From a virus, in UHGV virus genome UHGV-0389628: 41,276 nucleotides of DNA, one strand, 5' to 3'. Shown here in pieces: positions 8,161 to 17,578 of this stretch. The stretch's first letter is position 1; each line of letters opens with the position of its first letter. Both the position numbers and the translations under genes were made by a program. Under the pieces are notes generated by a model. That model was not told the DNA's origin and made no database searches. It saw only the letters and a program-made list of their open reading frames with translations.

Positions 8161-8348
8161 TCTTTAATTTGAGCTGGCATACCAATTGTCAGCTCTGTTA
8201 ATGTGGCATTTTTTTTCATATAATCTTCCGCTTTTGATACAGCATTTTGCAAATTAGAAATCGTCCAGCCTTTCTCAATTACAAAACTAATAACCGTTTC
8301 AATAAATTCTTTTTCTTCTGCTTCTAAAACAATTCTTTCCGTGTTCAT
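8157..8348 (-). CDS. Hypothetical small protein (63 aa)
   Basis: ORF lying between two plus-strand genes; weak RBS AAGAAAGGAA. Confidence 0.45.
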   Translation of the reverse strand: MNTERIVLEAEEKEFIETVISFVIEKGWTISNLQNAVSKAEDYMKKNATLTELTIGMPAQIKD

Positions 8349-8369
8349 TTTTTACATTCCTTTCTTTGG

Positions 8370-8425
8370 TATAATTTTCTTATCGGTAAGTGGTCTACTG
8401 AAATAGCTGATAAGGTGGTGAATCT
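8370..8425 (+). promoter_or_regulatory. Extended -10 promoter (TGgTATAAT) plus conserved leader with inverted repeat cttatcgg…ctgataag abutting the SD
   Basis: About 80% identical over about 45 nt to the leader at 7863..7920. Confidence 0.5.
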
Positions 8426-8671
8426 ATGAAAATTACTGCTGCTATCACTAAAGAGCAAGGCGTCACATTTACAGTTATTCTTGTTAAAACTGGTGTAATT
8501 TCTTCTAATAGAGAACAAGTTAGAACTAGCGCTCCAAGCAATTTCCCGCGACCTATTATTTTAGCTGAACAATCACATGGGAAAATGAAATATCATGGTA
8601 GAACAGATATCGTAAGATTCCTTTCTAATGTTCCTTATCAGGCTTTGCCGTGGAAGGACTATACTTTATAG
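8426..8671 (+). CDS. Hypothetical small protein (81 aa)
   Basis: RBS AAGGTGG; shares the conserved promoter and leader with the DUF1883-like gene. Confidence 0.55.
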   Translation: MKITAAITKEQGVTFTVILVKTGVISSNREQVRTSAPSNFPRPIILAEQSHGKMKYHGRTDIVRFLSNVPYQALPWKDYTL

Positions 8672-8798
8672 ATTCTGCTACTGGAACATTGATATCCCCT
8701 TCTGGTAAATCAATGTTCCAATTTGCTTTTGCAAAAAAACTTGAGTTCTCCCTTTCATCGTTAGATACAAGATTTGCTTTATCATATTTTGATTCCAT
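8627..8798 (-). CDS. Hypothetical small protein (57 aa; start MESKYDKANL, RBS GGAGGG)
   Basis: Strong RBS; its 3' end overlaps that of the convergent 8426..8671 gene by about 45 nt. Confidence 0.45.
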
Positions 8799-9023
8799 CA
8801 GCTTTCCCTCCAATACATAAATTAATAGACAACAACGGATGATAGATAATAAGAACAATTTAGAAGGAGTTGAAATTCACATCCTTATTCTTAATATTTC
8901 CGTTGCTGTCTATCGAAGCTTAATTGTGAAACAATAATAAAACGATGTTCCTTTTATTATTATTTTGTCTCAGACCTATCACTAATCTTTCGACACTACC
9001 ATAATATCACGTTAAAACACTCA

Positions 9024-9056
9024 AAAACCCTACACTATCCCTACAAAAACCCTACA
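9024..9056. repeat. Three tandem 11-bp direct repeats (aaaaccctaca / ctatccctaca / aaaaccctaca)
   Basis: One-helical-turn periodicity immediately downstream of arpU, at the head of the leftward late region. The related motif ctatcccta recurs at 11550-11572 in the origin region. Confidence 0.5.
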
Positions 9057-9059
9057 AAA

Positions 9060-9479
9060 TCAACGATACTGAACTAACACGCCTTTTTTGTATGCTTCAG
9101 CAAATTCGATCAATGCGATGGATTTCAGCTTCTCTACATTCTTCTCTCCGTATCCTCGTATCAATTGACCTATTTCATAATTAGAGTGCTTATTTACGTC
9201 ACAGAAGCTGTAGTAGAGTATCTGACGGCTAATCAGACTAAGAGCCATCAAAGCCGCTAGAATCGCATCTCTCTCCGCTTCTATATCCATCATCTGAATG
9301 ATCGCGTCTTCTGCCTTATTACCGTGCTTCGGTGCCTTCGGCATATCGGTTATGATAGGAGACTTAATATCTATCAAAGAGCGACCTGCCATCCGCTCCA
9401 AACGTCGAAAGTTCTTCAGCACATCTCTCGCATTACATCTTGTCTGTTTGAAATCTACCTCTCGTAACAATTTCATCAA
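9060..9479 (-). CDS. arpU: ArpU-family phage late transcriptional regulator
   Basis: 139 aa with a sigma-region-4-like C-terminus. The family was first described in Enterococcus hirae. Lies at the boundary of the replication and late modules. Confidence 0.75.
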   Translation of the reverse strand: MMKLLREVDFKQTRCNARDVLKNFRRLERMAGRSLIDIKSPIITDMPKAPKHGNKAEDAIIQMMDIEAERDAILAALMALSLISRQILYYSFCDVNKHSNYEIGQLIRGYGEKNVEKLKSIALIEFAEAYKKGVLVQYR

Positions 9480-9551
9480 GTCAAACCGCTCCTTTATGTG
9501 ATATAATAAACTTGTTGGGTTTATTACATCAGTCGGAGCGATCCGGCTTTT

Positions 9552-9863
9552 TTATTTGTCATTGATTAGTTCAATATCCACCAATCTCGCCACTGCTAAA
9601 TTCTCTTTGCTTTTCGCTGTCCATTTATCACATTCCATCGTGTTTTCAATACGAATGATCGCTGAGTGATTATAGACGTGTTCTACATATCCACGAAATG
9701 GATAAACGAACCCTTCTGCTTCGCAGCGAACCATGTCACCGACTTTGAATTTTGGTTTCTTACGTTTTTTAGGGTTCTTTGTCGGCATATCTAGCATTAA
9801 ACCGCCGATACCGTGGCTGCTAGCGTAAAATCCGTCTTTTAGTTTCATTCTTTTTCCTCCCAT
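9552..9863 (-). CDS. Small protein, DUF2187/YkvS-like (KVGDMVRCEAEGFVYPFRGYVEHVYNHSAIIRI)
   Basis: Motif resemblance from memory. Confidence 0.45.
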   Translation of the reverse strand: MGGKRMKLKDGFYASSHGIGGLMLDMPTKNPKKRKKPKFKVGDMVRCEAEGFVYPFRGYVEHVYNHSAIIRIENTMECDKWTAKSKENLAVARLVDIELINDK

Positions 9864-10054
9864 TTACGATCATCACTTAATATCGAAATTCCAAACTTAC
9901 GAATAGCATCACTTGCATCAGCAACATACTGGCTTGCCACTTTATATGTTTCTTCTGCTGAAATTCCATATTCTTTTTCAAACTTTGTCTTTAGTACATT
10001 CAGTTCCTGTTTTCTTAGTTTTGTTATTCTGCGGTGCCTGTTGTTCATTTTCAA
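9845..10054 (-). CDS. Hypothetical protein (69 aa)
   Basis: Compact ORF within the operon. Confidence 0.45.
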   Translation of the reverse strand: MKMNNRHRRITKLRKQELNVLKTKFEKEYGISAEETYKVASQYVADASDAIRKFGISILSDDRKWEEKE

Positions 10055-10285
10055 TCAACCCCCTAATCTGAAAGTGTTGTCTATACTTGATCGAAATTCT
10101 TTTAAGTGGTTCTCTACCACAGAATCAGTCACGTTAAAACGATCAATTAATACTGGAGCTGCCATATCTTTCAAATAACTTTGTCTGATGACTAATTCAG
10201 TACCATCAGGAAGTTCTATGTTAACCTCCCGACCATTGATAATTGCTTGAATGCCCGCTTCACTTAGTGGTATTTCGTATTTCAT
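10055..10285 (-). CDS. Hypothetical protein (76 aa)
   Basis: Compact ORF; its stop overlaps the mazG start. Confidence 0.45.
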   Translation of the reverse strand: MKYEIPLSEAGIQAIINGREVNIELPDGTELVIRQSYLKDMAAPVLIDRFNVTDSVVENHLKEFRSSIDNTFRLGG

Positions 10286-10593
10286 TTCACATCCTCCAAA
10301 TCACTCGACTTCACGAATACACCATCTACCATTTTCCCTGTGCGTCCTTTGATTTCGTTGTACGCCATTTCTAAACACTCTTGTATGTTTGTCCCTTTTT
10401 GCATGGAAAGGATAATCAGCGTGACGATTACGTCTCCTACGCTATCTTTAAATAGCTCATCATTACTTCTTGCCATCGCCGATGCTATTTCCCCGAATTC
10501 CTCAGCTACTTTCAAAAACTGTGCTTTTGGATCTGCTTGATCCAATCCCTTATCTTTAGCCCACTGCTCTACTTTTGTGATTAGTTCGTCCAT
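10282..10593 (-). CDS. mazG: MazG-like nucleoside triphosphate pyrophosphohydrolase
   Basis: EEFGEIA … GDVIVTLIIL is the MazG EExxE…D motif pair. Confidence 0.8.
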   Translation of the reverse strand: MDELITKVEQWAKDKGLDQADPKAQFLKVAEEFGEIASAMARSNDELFKDSVGDVIVTLIILSMQKGTNIQECLEMAYNEIKGRTGKMVDGVFVKSSDLEDVK

Positions 10594-10898
10594 TATTTCT
10601 CCTCCACATACCTAAACTGTCGTCCTTTTGAATCAATCCACAAGCTCCTAGCTCTATCCCAGATAATGTTTTTGCTTAATCCAGTGATTTCAGATAACTG
10701 TTCAGCAGTACCTGTTACTAGAATTCGATCACCATGCCAGATTGCAATTTTTCTCGGCGTTTTCCGTTTGGGTTTTTCAGTCCACATTGATTTACCGAGC
10801 TTTTGGACTTCTGCAACTATTTCTTTGTCTTCTTGCCAAGATTCTGACTTGGTTAATTCAGCAATTCTTTTCATTGCTACTTTCTTATCCACGATCAT
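10593..10898 (-). CDS. Hypothetical protein (101 aa)
   Basis: ATGA start/stop overlaps on both sides. Confidence 0.5.
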   Translation of the reverse strand: MIVDKKVAMKRIAELTKSESWQEDKEIVAEVQKLGKSMWTEKPKRKTPRKIAIWHGDRILVTGTAEQLSEITGLSKNIIWDRARSLWIDSKGRQFRYVEEK

Positions 10899-11056
10899 TC
10901 CTCCAATCTACGAATTTTCCTTCTTAAATTCTCTACATGCAAATCGATTGCCTTCCTCGCCGTTTCATTGACCATTACTGCCTTTGTCCGCTCCAGATCG
11001 TCAATCTCACGCTGAAGGCTTCGAATACGCATTTGAATCACTTCTTCTGTTGTCAT
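10898..11056 (-). CDS. Small coiled-coil protein (52 aa) MTTEEVIQMRIRSLQREIDDLERTKAVMVNETARKAIDLHVENLRRKIRRLEE
   Basis: Below the ORF-track threshold; ATGA overlaps with the VRR-NUC stop and the downstream gene start. Confidence 0.4.
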
Positions 11057-11370
11057 GATGATTCCTCCACAATTTTCAATGCTTCTTCCACTGATCGTGC
11101 AACACCATATAGTACAGGTTGCTTTTGCAAAAAATCACCAAACTTCACTTGGTCTGGTCTCAACTTTCCTTTTTCGTTCTTCACTTCAATGGCGAAAAAT
11201 TTTCCCTCTTTAGTCCATCCAAATAAATCTGGCCATCCTTTGGGCAATCCAGTATCGAACCATCTGCCATCAATCGTCTTCACTTTGCCCACATTGCCTC
11301 TATAAACAAAATGACCATATTTTGGTAATTCTCTTCGAATGGCATTTTGTATTTCAATTTCTGCTGTCAT
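11053..11370 (-). CDS. VRR-NUC domain nuclease
   Basis: GWPDLFGW…FFAIEVK PD-(D/E)xK signature. Confidence 0.85.
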   Translation of the reverse strand: MTAEIEIQNAIRRELPKYGHFVYRGNVGKVKTIDGRWFDTGLPKGWPDLFGWTKEGKFFAIEVKNEKGKLRPDQVKFGDFLQKQPVLYGVARSVEEALKIVEESS

Positions 11371-11384
11371 AAGCGCCTCCTTAA

Positions 11385-11690
11385 ATCCAGGGAGGGTTTA
11401 GAATAAATAGGGAGGGTTTAGAAACCGTGTATCCCTTGATACTCTAAGGATTGTTTAATTTTAGGGAGGGTTGGACAGTTTTTCTAGGTTGCTTCTGTAT
11501 TTTTATATATTTCCTTATTTTTATTATTTTATTTACTATATATATAAACTATCCCTACTATCCCTAATAGCTATATAATCCTTGTAGCTCTAAGGTTTAA
11601 GTTCAGGGAGGGTTTATCAAAAACTATCCCTAAACCCTCCCTAGACCATCCCTTTTTTATATTTGTGAAACTTTTTTGTTTCACAATCCC
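11385..11690. repeat. Putative replication origin: iterons plus AT-rich unwinding element plus hairpin
   Basis: agggagggttt occurs four times (11389, 11409, 11462, 11605) plus inverted taaaccctccct (11630). Tandem ctatcccta repeats at 11550-11572. About 50 nt of roughly 90% AT at 11500-11550. Inverted repeat ttgtgaaac-N7-gtttcacaa at 11662-11686. Located immediately past the 3' end (stop codon) of the primase gene. Confidence 0.6.
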
Positions 11691-14017
11691 GGAACTAATA
11701 CGTTAAATTCTCTAAACTCTTTTTTTAAATCAATCCCTATATAACTAATTTTCCCATTTGTTTTTTTCTTCTCAAACCTGTCCGCAGCTTTCTTACCAAA
11801 CTGGGTCTGACTGAATGGATGTTCATTCATATCTCTTGCCCATTTATCGTATGCTTTAAATAGATCCGTTGCCCCGATTGAATAACCAGGTCCTGTTTCG
11901 CAACATTCATCTATAAAAGCACCTATAATATCCATTTCTTTTCGATATTCCATTGTAGCTTTCTGAATATCAGCCGGTGGATTCAACCCTTCTCTTTGCC
12001 ACATCAAACATCCTTCTACTGCCCAATTGAATATTCCTGGCAATTCGCGCATCAATTTTTCTTTCAAATTCTTATCCACTTTATCTAACGGAATTTGTAC
12101 AGTGAAAGGAATTAATGGTAATCTTCGCCAAATACCATCATCATTTCCTCTGATGATTGGCTTATGATTAGTTGCAAGCCAAATCTTATATTTAGGTTTA
12201 TAGTCAAACATGTGGCCTCCTTTATAGGATGCTGACACTTTATCTCCACCAGTTAGTTGTTTGATTAAACCTTCATCCATTCTTACGCCTTCATTTGGCT
12301 CCGAGGACGTTACTAGACGTGCGCCATTTAATCGTGCAATATCTTCGTTATGACCGCTGCTACCACCTTGTTTAACCATCAAGCTCGATGCCTGCATTCC
12401 CATGGCATAACTTCCCATTATTTCAGAAATGATATCTAAGAAAACAGACTTACCATTTCTTCCATTACCGAAAAGGATGAACATGACTTGTTCTCTTATC
12501 GATGCACTCATAGAATACCCAACGGCTTTTTGAATATAGCGAATCAATTCAGTGTTATTGTCAAATATCTGTTCCAAAAACAGCTTCCAACGTGGACAAT
12601 CACTTTTATCCGTATACTCAGCGTTAGAAATTCGAGTGAACATTTTAGAAATATCGTGTTCGTATAAAATGCCATTAGAAAGATCTAAATAACCGTTTTG
12701 AGCGTTGAACAGCATATCATCACTATCAAATTCTTCAGGAAGTATCGCTACTTGGTGCTTCAACTCACGTGTCATAGCTTCTTTTCCAGCATTGTTTCTA
12801 GACCTTCTTAAATGTTTCTCTTTTGCTTCAATATAGGCTTTTTCTTCATCTTCAGTCGCATCTTTAGGTATCGAAACAGGTTCGTTTTTAAATATCTCGA
12901 TAGTCTGATCTACCCATTTTCGAACGGCACCGATATTGTCTTGTTCCCAGTTTTTACCGTTATAAAAATACCAGCATTTATTTACGTAACTGTATTTTGT
13001 AAAGGATCCAAACAAATCAAGATATCTTTCTGCATTCCCTGTATCATCATAGCTATAAAACTTAGTCGGTTTATTATCGTCCACAGTGATACCTGGGATG
13101 GAAAGAAAATAATCATCAGCTGTTTTTTTGCCAGTATAATGATTGGTATTCTCAGATATGGCTTTATTTAAAAGCCCTATTCCATAGGTTGTCTTTCCGC
13201 GTTTCTGATCATATTTATCTCGAAACAACGAAGACATTCGGAATATTTCATCCATCTTTTGAAAATCTCCAGCAGTCCAAAAAGCTAAATCATTTGCAAA
13301 TGCTAAATCTGCTTCAGATTGGCTATCATATATTTTTTCCCATCCTCCATCCATGAACAATCTAAAACGATTACCTGTAGAAGAATTCACCGCTGTTTGT
13401 ATAATCTCGTTGACAGATAAGTCATTTCCATCTGACCAATTACTTTTAGAAAAATCTTGTTTTATTACTGTTTCATTTTCTAAATATCGCTTGTATAAGA
13501 AATTCATTTGGATTTCAGGTATCTCATTAATTTCTTCATTATTACCAAAGAAGTTACCTGTAATAGCAAAGAACCTACCTTCGGTATACATTTCGACATT
13601 CCCTTTTCTGCGTCTTTCTCCAGGGATTGCTGCTTTACCTATAATATGGATTCCCTTGCCACTCATTGATATTTCTGAATATGTTTTTGTAGAATTCATA
13701 AAAACATAAACTAAGTTATTTTCTACATCGCCTTGAAGATACCTTTCTAAATCATCGCCTATATCATCTAAATCAATACCTATATAAGGTGGTTTAAAAT
13801 AAAAAGCTAGGCCATCTGCATTAAAAGTTGAAACAGCTGAGAGAGCGGTCTTGAAATCAGACCACTTGCTCTCATTTGTACTGCTCCCTAATTCTCCAGT
13901 AAACGGATCATAAGGTTTCTTACTCCATTTCCCTCGTTGTTCGTTCCATGAGCGTTTATAAATCCCCCACTGATTTAACTCACGCAACTCTAAGGGAATA
14001 CGCTCGTAATTATTCAT
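11681..14017 (-). CDS. Bifunctional primase-polymerase / P4-family (D5-like) primase-helicase
   Basis: 778 aa with a prim-pol-like N-terminus and a C-terminal Walker A GNGRNGKS typical of P4 alpha/D5. Confidence 0.85.
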   Translation of the reverse strand: MNNYERIPLELRELNQWGIYKRSWNEQRGKWSKKPYDPFTGELGSSTNESKWSDFKTALSAVSTFNADGLAFYFKPPYIGIDLDDIGDDLERYLQGDVENNLVYVFMNSTKTYSEISMSGKGIHIIGKAAIPGERRRKGNVEMYTEGRFFAITGNFFGNNEEINEIPEIQMNFLYKRYLENETVIKQDFSKSNWSDGNDLSVNEIIQTAVNSSTGNRFRLFMDGGWEKIYDSQSEADLAFANDLAFWTAGDFQKMDEIFRMSSLFRDKYDQKRGKTTYGIGLLNKAISENTNHYTGKKTADDYFLSIPGITVDDNKPTKFYSYDDTGNAERYLDLFGSFTKYSYVNKCWYFYNGKNWEQDNIGAVRKWVDQTIEIFKNEPVSIPKDATEDEEKAYIEAKEKHLRRSRNNAGKEAMTRELKHQVAILPEEFDSDDMLFNAQNGYLDLSNGILYEHDISKMFTRISNAEYTDKSDCPRWKLFLEQIFDNNTELIRYIQKAVGYSMSASIREQVMFILFGNGRNGKSVFLDIISEIMGSYAMGMQASSLMVKQGGSSGHNEDIARLNGARLVTSSEPNEGVRMDEGLIKQLTGGDKVSASYKGGHMFDYKPKYKIWLATNHKPIIRGNDDGIWRRLPLIPFTVQIPLDKVDKNLKEKLMRELPGIFNWAVEGCLMWQREGLNPPADIQKATMEYRKEMDIIGAFIDECCETGPGYSIGATDLFKAYDKWARDMNEHPFSQTQFGKKAADRFEKKKTNGKISYIGIDLKKEFREFNVLVPGL

Positions 14018-14523
14018 TAGAATGGAAGATCATTATCTGAAATATCAAATGCTGGTGAGGAATTTACAGATTTTTCAGCGTTGTTTTTCTTCCATTGATG
14101 TTGGAGTTCTGGAAACTTAGTGGTTTCGAATTTTTTAATATTTGTATTGTCATACGTTTTCCCGTTGTACTCCGATTGTTCGTTCTTTACTTTTACTTTC
14201 GCTGGTCTCATAGCAAAATCTTCAAGAAAATTTTCGAATGATTGATATTCCTTTCCATCAGGAAGGCCAAATGATTTCGCTAGTGACATAATCATTCCAC
14301 GATTATATTTGCCAGTTTCTTTACTTTTCCAAACTCTATGGAAAAGATGACTGTTTTGTCGTGGTTGTTTAATATCATTTCTGATGACCATATCAAAATT
14401 AATAAACTCTGTGCCGCCTTTTGAGGCATCTTCCGTAACGTTGAAAATAACTACCTCATAATCTCCGTCTGGTACTGCTCCAAAATCTTGTGCTTCATTG
14501 TAATCTACTTTAAATGCTGTCAT
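14017..14523 (-). CDS. DUF669-like phage protein (putative ssDNA-binding/annealing accessory)
   Basis: 168 aa. Sits in the Gp157–AAA_24–helicase–DUF669–primase cassette recalled from Firmicutes phages. Confidence 0.5.
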   Translation of the reverse strand: MTAFKVDYNEAQDFGAVPDGDYEVVIFNVTEDASKGGTEFINFDMVIRNDIKQPRQNSHLFHRVWKSKETGKYNRGMIMSLAKSFGLPDGKEYQSFENFLEDFAMRPAKVKVKNEQSEYNGKTYDNTNIKKFETTKFPELQHQWKKNNAEKSVNSSPAFDISDNDLPF

Positions 14524-14540
14524 AATTAATTACCTCTTCC

Positions 14541-16064
14541 TTAATAAAATGTATTTTTTACCCATTCGGGTTCTTCTTGTTTTGAATTGAGTTTTTCCAA
14601 AGCCCATTTATAAGCTCTTAAAATTGATTCCATTGATACATCTTTGATCAATGATAATTCTTCTAATTGATCGATGGAGTAATGTTGTCCTTGATAAGCA
14701 GTGAGTGAGCCAAACATTTTAAAAAGCGGATTCCCTTTCCCTTCAAAACTTACCTTTGCTTTTGCAATCGCATAATTTAATTCTAAAGATTGTTTTTTTG
14801 AAAATTTCTTTCTTGAAAGTCGCGCTAGTTTGGCATTTTCTGCATTCAATTCCACCATTTGAACCGCTTCATCAAAAGTAACGGAATTTTCTTTTTCTTT
14901 AATTGCTATTTCTTGTAAGCAGAACGGGCAATGTGGTTTATTTTCTATCTTTAATAAGCTCTTCAGAAGAAACTGCTGTCCACAATTTGAGCAAGTCATT
15001 CTAGGCGCTTCGCTGCTACTTCCATTACTCTTCTTTTTCCTAGCGCTTAACGACCATTCAAATTCATCAGTAGGTAAACCTAAGTTAGCTCCGTTCCCAA
15101 CATGATCTAACACAATTGAAGTCTTATTTTCTCGATATCTCATGCCTCGCATAGACTGTTGTAAATGTAAGACGATTGATTGAGTAGGTCTGCAAAGGAT
15201 AATCACTCCAACATCTGGTACATTAAATCCTTCGCTGATTAAATCGACATTTGATAATATAGTGATTTTTTTCGATTTGAAATTTGCCATAATATCATCA
15301 CGTTCTTTGGTAGGTGTTTTCCCATCTGCATGAACCGCATATATTCCATTGTCGTTAAACCATTTAACAATCATCTTGCTTACCTGAATCGTTGGAGCAT
15401 AAACAATTGCTTGTTGACCATCCGCATATTTTTTATAATTTTTAACAATGTCGCCTTGAATTGTGGCATCTGACTCAAATAATCGTGCAGAACTTTCAGC
15501 TTCACGTGACATATTTTTAAAATCTACTTTAGAACGATCAATCAAAGGAATAGAGTACCAACGATAAGGCGCTAGATTGTGATGATCAATCAACCACTGT
15601 ATGGATGGTCCTTCTACCATTTCTTCGTATATATCTGTAAATCCTTCTCCGTTGAGTCTGTATGGCGTAGCAGTAAAACCTAATCTAGGAATTTCTTTAA
15701 AATGGTTATAGATATCCATATAAGTTTTCGCTTTACCATGATGTCCTTCATCCGTAATTATCAGAGACAGCTTTGGCAATTTATTTAACCTGTTCTTAGC
15801 CATTACAGCTGACAATATTATGACTTTTGATAAATCTACTTCATTTTGTTCAAGAGTTTCTCGAATGTTATCTAGTAACTCTCTCCTGTGGGCAAGAAAT
15901 AGTACTGTGCCACCTTTTCTTGTTGCTAATCGAACAATTTCTGCAATTACAACTGATTTGCCACTTCCTGGTGGCGATTGGATCAATACTCCCTTTTTCC
16001 CTTGAGATAGATGTTTTCTGGCTTCTTGAACTAGCTTAATCTGATACGGTCGGAGTTGATACAT
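14541..16064 (-). CDS. SF2 DEAD/DEAH-box helicase with C-terminal zinc ribbon
   Basis: Walker A SPPGSGKS, DEGHH box, CSNCGQ…CPFC zinc ribbon. Start chosen at 16064 (MYQLRPYQ, RBS GGTGA); the track's 16121 start would overlap the upstream gene by 86 nt. Confidence 0.8.
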   Translation of the reverse strand: MYQLRPYQIKLVQEARKHLSQGKKGVLIQSPPGSGKSVVIAEIVRLATRKGGTVLFLAHRRELLDNIRETLEQNEVDLSKVIILSAVMAKNRLNKLPKLSLIITDEGHHGKAKTYMDIYNHFKEIPRLGFTATPYRLNGEGFTDIYEEMVEGPSIQWLIDHHNLAPYRWYSIPLIDRSKVDFKNMSREAESSARLFESDATIQGDIVKNYKKYADGQQAIVYAPTIQVSKMIVKWFNDNGIYAVHADGKTPTKERDDIMANFKSKKITILSNVDLISEGFNVPDVGVIILCRPTQSIVLHLQQSMRGMRYRENKTSIVLDHVGNGANLGLPTDEFEWSLSARKKKSNGSSSEAPRMTCSNCGQQFLLKSLLKIENKPHCPFCLQEIAIKEKENSVTFDEAVQMVELNAENAKLARLSRKKFSKKQSLELNYAIAKAKVSFEGKGNPLFKMFGSLTAYQGQHYSIDQLEELSLIKDVSMESILRAYKWALEKLNSKQEEPEWVKNTFY

Positions 16065-16776
16065 TCGGTTCACCGCCCGCTCTAACAACCAATTGTTCCA
16101 CCAAACACCCACTACGTTCATCTAATCTGTTTTTTGCATAAACGTTACTAGTAGGCTTTAGTATTAATCCTCTTGTTTCATTACCATCGTCATCTTTTTT
16201 TATTACAAGTCTGCCAACTACATCACATAAGCCTAAAAAATTATTTAAAATTTTTGATCTTATATCTGGCATTGATCTTGTAAAAAATTGTCCATTAGGT
16301 TCTGTATATGTGTCTGTTGTTTCCCATGCAGTCAGGACTATTCGGCAATCTACATTATTCAATGCTCTAAGACCTCGCAAATTCATAAAATCTGTTCTTT
16401 GATAGTCGGCTTGAGAAGGAACACCACTATTTTTTCCTTTCTTGCCTAAATCTTCCAATTGCGCTTTGAACAATTCAGAAATGTTATCTACACAAATATT
16501 GTCGAATTGCTTTTCGTAGGAAGATTTATTTGCAACTAAGTCTGAAATAGTATCAAGCCATTCTTGCCAAATATCAGAAGAATCTAATTCCCACACTTCA
16601 ATATTTTCTTTGTTAGGATGTTTTGCCAATGTCGATGATGATCCGTCAACATCTAATATCAATGATTTACCTGGAAGAAATCCTAAAGAATAAGTTTTTC
16701 CCATACCAGGATTTGCGTAAATCATGTAAGTTCCTTTTTCGACTGATAGATCTTCGGCTTTTATTTTTTTTACCAT
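16036..16776 (-). CDS. AAA_24 / Sak4-like phage ATPase
   Basis: Walker A GMGKTYSLG, 246 aa, adjacent to Gp157 and the helicase. Confidence 0.75.
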   Translation of the reverse strand: MVKKIKAEDLSVEKGTYMIYANPGMGKTYSLGFLPGKSLILDVDGSSSTLAKHPNKENIEVWELDSSDIWQEWLDTISDLVANKSSYEKQFDNICVDNISELFKAQLEDLGKKGKNSGVPSQADYQRTDFMNLRGLRALNNVDCRIVLTAWETTDTYTEPNGQFFTRSMPDIRSKILNNFLGLCDVVGRLVIKKDDDGNETRGLILKPTSNVYAKNRLDERSGCLVEQLVVRAGGEPNVSTPTVSD

Positions 16777-16796
16777 TACTCATACCTCCACTTGCA

Positions 16797-17276
16797 TCAT
16801 CTTATCCTCAAACCTTTTGTTTGGACGAGTTCAGCACCGGGAATATCTCCGTGCTTCAGTTCCTCCTTCAATTGCTTTTTATCCAATTTGGGAGGCACAG
16901 GGGTAAAGAATCCTTTTGGAATTAAGTTCTCGTTTGTTACATTGACCGATATTGGATTATTTTGAATTCCAATGTTGAATAATTCGCCTTTAATCTTCGT
17001 TTTACCAGTCTTTTCCATTTCCTCTTGTAAATAGTGCTTGATACTCTTAGCATTGTTCAAAAGCGATGTCTTACGTTCCTGTAGACGTTTAATTTCACTA
17101 TCGATTAACTCAGCTTTCCCTTCTACTTCTTTAACTATTTTTGCTAAGTTTTCTGCCTTATACTCGATCGCTTCATTAATCGAATCGAGAGTATCGCGAA
17201 GAATTTCTTCATCCAATTGTTCTGCCAGTTCCAGGACTTTGATATATGACTCGCTGAGCTGGTAAAGAGTTGCCAT
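16797..17276 (-). CDS. Siphovirus Gp157-family protein
   Basis: Coiled-coil 159-aa protein; RBS AAAGGAGG. Typical first gene of this replication cassette. Confidence 0.7.
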   Translation of the reverse strand: MATLYQLSESYIKVLELAEQLDEEILRDTLDSINEAIEYKAENLAKIVKEVEGKAELIDSEIKRLQERKTSLLNNAKSIKHYLQEEMEKTGKTKIKGELFNIGIQNNPISVNVTNENLIPKGFFTPVPPKLDKKQLKEELKHGDIPGAELVQTKGLRIR

Positions 17277-17526
17277 TCTTTTGTGCCTCCTTTAATAATT
17301 TTGCAATTTGTTCAAAAGCTAGGATTGCCTCATCTAAATCCAATTCCACAGAATCATCAATTTGCTCGAAAGCAAGGTTTGTTTCTTCAATATCACTTGC
17401 TTGATAGATACCAATTTTTCCATTGTCATAAAGATCAAATACTAAAATTCCTGACGCATCTATATTGCGCAGTTTGTATTCGTCTTTTAAAAAGATGCGG
17501 TCTAGTGTATCCGTTGCAATTAGCAT
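17209..17526 (-). CDS. Hypothetical acidic protein (105 aa); overlaps the next gene by 68 nt
   Basis: ORF with RBS GAAAGGAATGA; the overlap makes the exact extent uncertain. Confidence 0.4.
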   Translation of the reverse strand: MLIATDTLDRIFLKDEYKLRNIDASGILVFDLYDNGKIGIYQASDIEETNLAFEQIDDSVELDLDEAILAFEQIAKLLKEAQKNGNSLPAQRVIYQSPGTGRTIG

Positions 17527-17578
17527 TTACGGTTCATTCCTTTCTGTGGTAAAATATAAAAAGATAGTTTATTCCCCT

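Noticed and set aside
10340-11305. Plus-strand ORFs 10340..10540, 10666..10971, 10742..10927 and 10937..11305
   Set aside because: Antisense to the tightly coupled minus-strand gene chain (MazG, 101-aa and 52-aa genes, VRR-NUC) with no RBSs.
12812-13709. Plus-strand ORFs inside the primase gene (12812..13171, 13353..13709)
   Set aside because: Antisense to a motif-supported 778-aa primase; F/I-rich antisense composition.
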